46,844 bases of DNA from Candidatus Brocadia sp. GTDB taxonomy: Bacteria > Planctomycetota > Brocadiia > Brocadiales > Brocadiaceae. How positions within the stretch are numbered: the stretch's first letter is position 1; each line of letters starts with the position of its first letter. Location: assembly GCA_046291035.1 (NCBI GenBank), contig JBKBTA010000001.1:1-46844 (forward strand), written 5' to 3'. Below, piece after piece: positions 40,586-46,844 of the stretch. The translations under genes were made by a program, and so were the position numbers. The notes below the pieces were generated by a model. That model was not told the DNA's origin, made no database searches, and saw only the letters and a list, made by a program, of their open reading frames with translations.

Positions 40586-42586
40586 TTATCGTGATACCTG
40601 AAGTTCTTCAATAGTCTTTCTTACCGCTTCTGTTTCTTTATTCTTTGGGTCCAGTCTCAGAAATTCACGGAAAAAGTATAAAGCCTTTTGAACGTCCTTT
40701 TTATAGTTTAAATAGATTATACCTAGATTTTTGCAGGCATTGGGGTAGTCAGGCTTTAGTCGTAAGGCCTCTTCAATTTCCGTAATTGCCTCGTCGAATA
40801 GTCCCTTATTGGCATAGACTGTACCCAGGCAGCTATGAGCTTCGGCATGATCGGGCTCGTAATGGATGGCCCGTTTAAATTCGTCCATCGATGCGTCTAA
40901 AAGTCCCTTCTTGAAATAGGCAAGCCCAAGATTGAAGTGGGCATCGTAGTAATTGGGTTTTAATTGAACGGCCTCTTTGAATTTTGAGATCCCTTCATCA
41001 AGAAGTCCTTTATCAACGAAGATATTACCCATATTATTATGGGTAAGTGCTGAGTTGGGATTTACTGCTAAAACACGGTGGTATTCTTCCAGTGCTTCTT
41101 CTTGCATGCCTTTCTTCTGATAAGCCATTCCCAAATTGTGATGATATTCAGGGTCTGATTCAAAGGCTATCGCCGTTTGAAACTCATGAATTGCCAAATC
41201 TAATTTACCGTCCTGGAGGTAAATCATACCCAGATTATTATGGGCCCTGGAACTATCAGGTGATGCCTCTATGGTTTTTGACCAGAACGTAAGCTGGTCC
41301 CTCCAGCTTTTATTTCTCTTCATCGCAGCTAACGAATAAAGGGCAACCGTGATTAATACCAGGCACGTTGTAAAAACGAATGGCATTCGGAGGAAATTAG
41401 AATTTGAGCGACCAGGAATGTTTGTGGTTGGGATGTTGAGACTCCCATTTTCCCGTCTTCCCACTTTCCCATCTTCCCGCAAAATAAAAGTGCATACCAG
41501 TCTCCATGTCTCCAGCAAAATGTATGAGAGGATGGTGCAAAATCCTGCCGAAGGAAGGTAAAGGTATCTCTCGGCCATAATGTTGGCTATGGGGATAATA
41601 TTCATAGTAGGTATCAGTGTAACAAAAAACCAGAGGATAAAGAAAAATAGATGCCTTGAATGGTTATACAGTCTATAGACAATTACCCCGATTGCACACA
41701 AAAACGCAATGTTACAAATGAAAGTTGCGGCTAACGGGGTTTTCGTGTGTGTTATAATGTAGTCTGCATTAAAATGAATGGGAAAGAATGATAGTTTTAT
41801 ATATGATCCAAGAATCTTTGGCATGGTTAGCAGATTTACCATGAAGCTGTTGCCGGGATACATCAACTGCTTTTCGACTGGGTTGCGAAACCACACAAAC
41901 CTTAAAAATAAATAAAAAACGCTCACAAGGATAAATCCCAAATAATATTTAACAATATTTCTCTTCAGCCTTTCAGCGCCACGAAAGACCCAGTCAAAAA
42001 TGCAGATAATCAAAGGTAAGGTAATCGCCATTTCCTTGGAACAGAGCGCCAAAAGGTATGAAAACAGGGAAAGGGGGTACAGGTAATTGCGGCTTTTAGA
42101 TTGCGGATTTCGGAATGTTGATTGAATAAACAACAAAAGGGAAGCAAGAAAAAAGATAGCAGCTAGGAGGTCTTCCCTGTAACTAATCCCATTTACCGCC
42201 TCCGTTAATATAGGGTGAGTGGCAAACAGGATACCTGCAAGAAATGGGATGGTACTGTTCCTGACGATGATGGAAAGGAGTGCGTAAACAAGCACTGCAC
42301 AGATAATATGGAGCAGGACGTTGGTCAGGTGAAACCCCAGGGGATTGAGACGCCACAGTGAATAATCGATAAAATAGGAAAGGGTAACGACAGGACGATA
42401 GGTAACTTCTCCTGAACGGTAAAAATACTCGTTGGTAAACAGGAACGGAAAATTTCCCCAATCCCGGATGAAGTAATTATCGGTGATGGTAAAGACATCA
42501 TCGTATACAAAGGCATTGTCCAGTGTATTGAGAAAAGTTATGACTGCCAGCGCACTAATGAGTAATACCTGCAAGATCCTTATCAT
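40586..42586 (-). CDS. TMTC-like membrane glycosyltransferase (GT-C) with C-terminal TPR repeats
   Basis: FVYDD, YRP, FHLTNVLLH, FATHP..TEAV..I..R, SKE.A, AERYLYLPS, RN..W, then tandem TPRs. Confidence 0.85.
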   Translation of the reverse strand: MIRILQVLLISALAVITFLNTLDNAFVYDDVFTITDNYFIRDWGNFPFLFTNEYFYRSGEVTYRPVVTLSYFIDYSLWRLNPLGFHLTNVLLHIICAVLVYALLSIIVRNSTIPFLAGILFATHPILTEAVNGISYREDLLAAIFFLASLLLFIQSTFRNPQSKSRNYLYPLSLFSYLLALCSKEMAITLPLIICIFDWVFRGAERLKRNIVKYYLGFILVSVFYLFLRFVWFRNPVEKQLMYPGNSFMVNLLTMPKILGSYIKLSFFPIHFNADYIITHTKTPLAATFICNIAFLCAIGVIVYRLYNHSRHLFFFILWFFVTLIPTMNIIPIANIMAERYLYLPSAGFCTILSYILLETWRLVCTFILREDGKVGRRENGSLNIPTTNIPGRSNSNFLRMPFVFTTCLVLITVALYSLAAMKRNKSWRDQLTFWSKTIEASPDSSRAHNNLGMIYLQDGKLDLAIHEFQTAIAFESDPEYHHNLGMAYQKKGMQEEALEEYHRVLAVNPNSALTHNNMGNIFVDKGLLDEGISKFKEAVQLKPNYYDAHFNLGLAYFKKGLLDASMDEFKRAIHYEPDHAEAHSCLGTVYANKGLFDEAITEIEEALRLKPDYPNACKNLGIIYLNYKKDVQKALYFFREFLRLDPKNKETEAVRKTIEELQVSR

Positions 42587-42600
42587 GATAGGATGAGCGC

Positions 42601-43002
42601 TTAATACTTATATAAATTCAATCCGTTTTCTTTTCCTATAACCGCAAAATGCCTATCCAGAGTTAACAGTTTTACATTATTTGAACTTGCAATTACAGAA
42701 ATGTAACAGTCTGAAAGTCCAACCGTCTTCCCTTTCTGACGGAGTAAATAGGACAACTCGCCGGCTTTTCTCCACATTTCCGTAGTTTCTGGAAGAAAAT
42801 CAAACACGTACAAAAATTCCTTTAAGACGTTAAACTCCTTTTGGGACTTTGCTCCCTGTAACAACTCGGCAAACACAATCCCCACACAACAAATCCTGGC
42901 ATTATCTATTAACTCCAGAACCACCCTATAATAGGGGTCTTTTTTTCTAAAGAACTCAATCCATGCCGATGTATCGACCAGGACCTTATCCGAGTCTTTC
43001 AT
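42601..43002 (-). CDS. vapC: VapC PIN-domain toxin
   Basis: VLVDTSAWIEF, ELLQGA, SDC.I, LLTLDRHF. Confidence 0.9.
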   Translation of the reverse strand: MKDSDKVLVDTSAWIEFFRKKDPYYRVVLELIDNARICCVGIVFAELLQGAKSQKEFNVLKEFLYVFDFLPETTEMWRKAGELSYLLRQKGKTVGLSDCYISVIASSNNVKLLTLDRHFAVIGKENGLNLYKY

Positions 43003-43195
43003 CTTCGTGCCTGAGTTTGTCTGCGGATTTTGTGAATTCCATTTTACCAGCCATTGCCTTTATTTTTTCCATCTTTTTTATCCGTATTTCATCTTTAATG
43101 GCTTTGATAACGGCCTCTGTTTTGCTTTTTGCCTCAACTTCTGACATTAATTCGTCCAACAACGAATTTGGTAATGTTATGGTAGTTCTGGACAT
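42986..43195 (-). CDS. vapB: VapB-type antitoxin (RHH-like)
   Basis: MSRTTITLP..LL.E......KSKTEAV..A; GGAG RBS; overlaps the vapC start. Confidence 0.8.
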   Translation of the reverse strand: MSRTTITLPNSLLDELMSEVEAKSKTEAVIKAIKDEIRIKKMEKIKAMAGKMEFTKSADKLRHEDERLG

Positions 43196-43228
43196 AGATT
43201 TACTCCATAATTTTATTGTATATAGTAG

Positions 43229-43264
43229 CATAAATATTTTATAAATATTTATGGTGTCTTTCAA
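43229..43264 (-). promoter_or_regulatory. vapBC promoter with palindromic operator
   Basis: TTGAAA-17 bp-TAAAAT; perfect inverted repeat CATAAATATTT-TAT-AAATATTTATG at 43229-43253 covers the -10. Confidence 0.6.
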
Positions 43265-43279
43265 GTGAATTAATCTTCC

Positions 43280-44620
43280 TCATTTCCTCTTAAAATAAAA
43301 CGGTAACGACACAACGATTGCTATTGCCGTAGCTGCTATTACCTTCGGTTCTACATGGCATATCAACCAACCACAAATCGCCAATGCCAGGATGGGAATA
43401 GAGCACCCGCCAGGTATCTTGTAACCCCTCTCCCGTTCTGGCCTGTGCCTCCTCAGGATAATGACGGCCAGACACGTAGGAATATACTGAAGGATACTTA
43501 CCATAACGCTTGCCGCTATCAGGTATTGGAAACTACCTGTCAGACTTAATAAGAGCGTTAAACCCGTATTGACCATAATAGCCATGTAGGGGGTGTGATA
43601 TGTAGGATGTATTTTAGAAAATATTCTGGGAAGAAATCCATCAACAGAAAGTACATAAAGACTCCGGGGACTGGTCAGGGCAATTCCGGCATTAACACCT
43701 CCAATAGAGAGTAAGGCACCTGTACCAATAATTACACCACCGGCAGTTCCCATAAAATATCTTGCTGCGTCGGCCAAAGGTTTATCCGATGCGGCAAGAC
43801 CGGGAAACGTCCCTGTTGCTACAATCTGGATGATAACATATAAACCGGTAACTATCATCAGCACCAAAAACAATACACGCGGGATGTCCCTTTGCGGATG
43901 CCGCATTTCCTCAGCAGGCACTGCTACAAACTCGAATCCTGTATAGGCATATAAAGCCATGAGAACCGCAGCATTAAAATTGCCATTGGTGAATTCCTTC
44001 AGGCCTCCGTTACTAAAAAGGGACTTCCCCCATTCCCCTCTTTCTGGAGATGGGAAGGGGGGATTCGTCCTGTGCATAAAAAATAATCCTACACCAACAA
44101 AGATAAGCAGAGATAAGAGTTTTCCAATAGTAAAAAAATTAATGGTTTTTGCTCCTGGTTTTACCCCAAAATAATTAATGGCTCCTAATCCTGCAACAAG
44201 AAATGTAACAATTGTTTTGCTCGCCCCCGCATTTTCTGTTGGGAGAAAATAACCCAGATACAGTCCAAAACCGCTGGCAACCGATGCCCATCCAATAACA
44301 GACGAAAGCCACATTATCCAACCCATTAAAAAGCCCACAAACGGGCCAAAGGCATCCGTTGTGTAAAGATATGCCCCACCCGTTGTATTGTACATACTTC
44401 CCATCTCTGCAAAGCAGAGGGCAATGGCAAAGCAAAGTAACCCACACAAAGGAAAAACCCAGAGCGCTGCACCTCCGGCAAGAGAATAGAGTTGTCCTGG
44501 TAACAAAAAAATGCCGGCACCTACCACGCTGTTAATCCCTAAACAAATCACATCAAAAAACCCCAAAGCCCTTGTTAGACCCTGATTTTCCATACGAGAC
44601 TGCTTTCGTTGACGATTCAT
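43280..44620 (-). CDS. APC family amino acid permease
   Basis: GINSVVGAGIF, FAEMGS....GG.Y.Y, YAYTGFE....AEE...P.RDIP; about 12 TMs. Confidence 0.92.
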   Translation of the reverse strand: MNRQRKQSRMENQGLTRALGFFDVICLGINSVVGAGIFLLPGQLYSLAGGAALWVFPLCGLLCFAIALCFAEMGSMYNTTGGAYLYTTDAFGPFVGFLMGWIMWLSSVIGWASVASGFGLYLGYFLPTENAGASKTIVTFLVAGLGAINYFGVKPGAKTINFFTIGKLLSLLIFVGVGLFFMHRTNPPFPSPERGEWGKSLFSNGGLKEFTNGNFNAAVLMALYAYTGFEFVAVPAEEMRHPQRDIPRVLFLVLMIVTGLYVIIQIVATGTFPGLAASDKPLADAARYFMGTAGGVIIGTGALLSIGGVNAGIALTSPRSLYVLSVDGFLPRIFSKIHPTYHTPYMAIMVNTGLTLLLSLTGSFQYLIAASVMVSILQYIPTCLAVIILRRHRPERERGYKIPGGCSIPILALAICGWLICHVEPKVIAATAIAIVVSLPFYFKRK

Positions 44621-44742
44621 AATTTCAGATTGACGAACGGTTATTATCCTATATAATTAAATTTCTTTATGTATTTACCTCTAAGTTAAAAATAAAACTT
44701 AAAAGAGCAAAATTGCAATTGAAAAATCAAAATTATTTATTT

Positions 44743-44916
44743 GTAACAATTTATTTTTTTGAAAATATTTTGTATCAGTTTCGTATTTTAAAATGACACC
44801 TGTTTTGCCTTACGAAACACCGGGATGTTACCTTTTATGCCCGAAGGGCAGGCAATGTATAGCAGGGGGTGAAGCCCCCTGCAAATGAAAAATATCGTGG
44901 TTAGCCCTGAAAGGGC
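44743..44916 (+). repeat. GTAACAATTT tag followed by GCCCGAAGGGC / CAGGGGG-TGAAG-CCCCCTG / GCCCTGAAAGGGC hairpins
   Basis: Tag at 44743-44765; three short hairpins at 44839-44916. Confidence 0.6.
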
Positions 44917-45099
44917 GCAAGGAATTCGGGTGTCCGGCACATTCACATTTTTAGCGGTGCATTTTGTGTTGAGCACAAAAAATAGAACTCCCGTGCCCGC
45001 TAAATACCATTCATGAAAGGCTTTTTTTAAATTTTGCCTTGAAATTTTTTATATTTTCTTTTTGCATTTTAACTTTTTTGCGAAAGAGCAGTAATTTTT

Positions 45100-46041
45100 A
45101 TGACATACATTAGACTATACACCTGTTTCTTGTTCTCCATCTTATCATTTCTCTTATCCTGTAACCTTGGTTGTGGTAAAAAAGGAGCTGACACACAATC
45201 CTCAACCCAACATGCTACCTCCATCAAGCTTGAGGGAGATGTTCCCTCCGTCCATAAGAAAACCATGGCAGACGAAGAAATTGAAAGAAACAAAAGGATT
45301 CTGCAAACCAATCCAAATGATGCAGTAGCTTATCACAATCTGGGGTTATTATACGATGAGAAAGGCATGCTCGACGAGTCTCTGTCTGCTTACAAGAAGG
45401 CATCAGAACTCAATCCTGCCATGATAGAGGCCATTGTTGGGCAAGGGAATATCCTCAATAAAAAAGGGAAATCAGATGAAGCGATTTCTTTCTTCAAAAA
45501 AGCCCTGGAGATCGACTCGCATTATGCAGAGGCATACGAAGGATTGGGACTTGTGTATGTTCATAAAAAGCAGGAAGAGGATGCTATCAAGTCATTTCGC
45601 AGGGCAATTGATCTGAACCCCGGCCTTGTGAATTCACGTTACAATCTTGGTATTCTTTATACAAAAAAGGCACAATTCAGTGATGCCATCGCAGAATGGA
45701 CAAAGGCCATCGAAATTAACCCGCAAAAAATAGAGATATATTACAATTTAGGTATAGCCTATACGAAACTTGGAAAGCTGGACGAGGCTATTTCTGTATG
45801 GCAAAAGGCATTGACGATACGTCCCGAAATGGCAGACTTTCATTATGCCATAGGGCTTGTGTACAAAGAAAAGGGAGATTTTAGTAATGCGGAGGCGTCT
45901 CTTAAAAAGACGCTTGAGGTTAACCCCAACTTGACAGAGGTGCACAAGGTGCTCGAAGAATTATATCGTTCGAAAGGGATGTATGGTGAGGCAGACCGTG
46001 AGGCGGAACTCTATAAAAGCCGGTCCAGCCCACACCATTGA
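45100..46041 (+). CDS. Exported TPR-repeat protein, probable lipoprotein
   Basis: Hydrophobic signal ending LGC-GKK; tandem TPRs (AYHNLG, YNLG...P). Confidence 0.85.
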   Translation: MTYIRLYTCFLFSILSFLLSCNLGCGKKGADTQSSTQHATSIKLEGDVPSVHKKTMADEEIERNKRILQTNPNDAVAYHNLGLLYDEKGMLDESLSAYKKASELNPAMIEAIVGQGNILNKKGKSDEAISFFKKALEIDSHYAEAYEGLGLVYVHKKQEEDAIKSFRRAIDLNPGLVNSRYNLGILYTKKAQFSDAIAEWTKAIEINPQKIEIYYNLGIAYTKLGKLDEAISVWQKALTIRPEMADFHYAIGLVYKEKGDFSNAEASLKKTLEVNPNLTEVHKVLEELYRSKGMYGEADREAELYKSRSSPHH

Positions 46042-46071
46042 ACCAGGTCTTAGCAACTTTTCCTGTGCAAA

Positions 46072-46155
46072 GGTATAAACCGTCTCCTGACGGCGATTGG
46101 CAATTCACAACGGCTTGCAATCGTCACAAGCCGCCAACAGGAGTTGTCTCCTACC
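46072..46155. repeat. GTAG-type REP doublet, copy 2
   Basis: CCGTCTCCTGACGGCGA ... GCCGCCAACAGGAGTTGTCTCCTACC; related to 3379-3460. Confidence 0.7.
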
Positions 46156-46202
46156 TTTAAGCAAATTGATAAAAGAAGACAAAACGACATCAAAAAAACA
46201 CG

Positions 46203-46441
46203 AACCTTGTTGCAGAAAGCACCACGCAGATTACCTTCTTTGTGTCACCCATCTGTATTCTTATTGCCGGCCTTTTCGGTCAAAAATTTAACCTGATTTC
46301 AACAAGATTGAGTTGATTATCCTCGCCATGTCCATCGGCGGCACCTGTCTTGTCATCCGCGATAACAAGGGCAACCGGTGGAAGAGATTTTTCCTATTAT
46401 CCTTCCATCTCATCGTTGCCACCGCCGATCATTTTTTATAA
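46203..46441 (+). pseudogene. Ca2+/H+ antiporter (CAX/ChaA) C-terminal remnant
   Basis: NLVAESTTQITFFVSPICILIAGLFGQKFNL, frameshift, FNKIELIILAMSIGGTCLVIRDNKGNRWKRFFLLSFHLIV; resembles GSS.QIALFVAP...F...E...DG.SNWLEG. Confidence 0.65.
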
Positions 46442-46483
46442 GTCAATTTAAGTTTATTTTTTCTTCCTCAATTTACTTTATCA

Positions 46484-46844
46484 CCTAAATCCTGCAAACA
46501 AGGCGAAGCCTTGTTGCAGGATTAGGCCAGAAATGGTAGAATCTCCAAGGGATTCAAGGTATTTTGAGAATAAACACCTAAAAGGAGGTTCACCTTTTCA
46601 ATGAAGAATATAGCACAAAACGAGGAAAGAAGGCAACCGAAAATCAAGACAGAGATGAACGGGAAGGGATTAACGGTACATGCAGGATTGTTACCAGTAC
46701 TTACTTTCATGGGGAAGTTGTCATTCAGGCAGAGAATACAAGAAGCAGTACGTAAGGAGCGAGGGGCAAACGCAAGGTATCAGTTTGTCGATGCAGTGCA
46801 AATGGTGGTAATTGGGCTGATAGGTGGAGCGACCTCGATGGTTC
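46484..46844 (+). mobile_element. IS1380-family insertion sequence, left part (runs off the window)
   Basis: Putative end starts CCTAAATCCTGCAA; transposase-like ORF starts at 46601. Confidence 0.65.
46601..46844 (+). CDS. IS1380-family DDE transposase, N-terminus (partial)
   Basis: AAGGAGG RBS; MKNIAQNEERRQPKIKTEMNGKGLTVHAGLLPVLTFM...YQFVDAVQMVVIGLIGGATSM, open to the window end. Confidence 0.7.
   Translation, partial: MKNIAQNEERRQPKIKTEMNGKGLTVHAGLLPVLTFMGKLSFRQRIQEAVRKERGANARYQFVDAVQMVVIGLIGGATSMV

Noticed and set aside
44788-44976. 62-aa minus-strand ORF
   Set aside because: Translation of hairpin repeats (ALSGL, RGLHPL, CPSG)

Overview
Chromosomal window of an anaerobic bacterium; the protein repertoire and repeat style suggest an anammox planctomycete (Ca. 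Brocadiaceae-like), which is inference only. The backbone is housekeeping: tRNA-Ser(GCT), tRNA-Ser(TGA), initiator tRNA-Met, ubiX, sppA, gltX, cysS, rsmA, pdxA, purD, rtcB with archease, lon, ftsH, ADP-forming acetate-CoA ligase, a UAP1-type pyrophosphorylase, pgi, TPR proteins and an APC permease. Four things stand out. (1) A minus-strand unit has a GH15 glycoside hydrolase with a C-terminal monocluster Fe-S ferredoxin, translationally coupled to a CxxCH heme-c hybrid sensor kinase and followed by DivK-like and PleD-like receivers. (2) A degenerate GGDEF protein with an intact RxxD site lies between ftsH and lon, upstream of usp-archease-rtcB. (3) Intergenic DNA is dense with modular repeats (recurrent end tags around different palindromes), and some repeat-like tracts lie in frame inside membrane proteins. 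(4) Many gene remnants are missed by the ORF track: uppP, a tyrosine integrase at tRNA-fMet, DUF433, DUF5615, DUF1828/1829, a Ca2+/H+ antiporter, and an IS1380-type transposase at the right edge. No CRISPR array or rRNA gene was seen. All family calls are from motif recognition by eye, not database searches.
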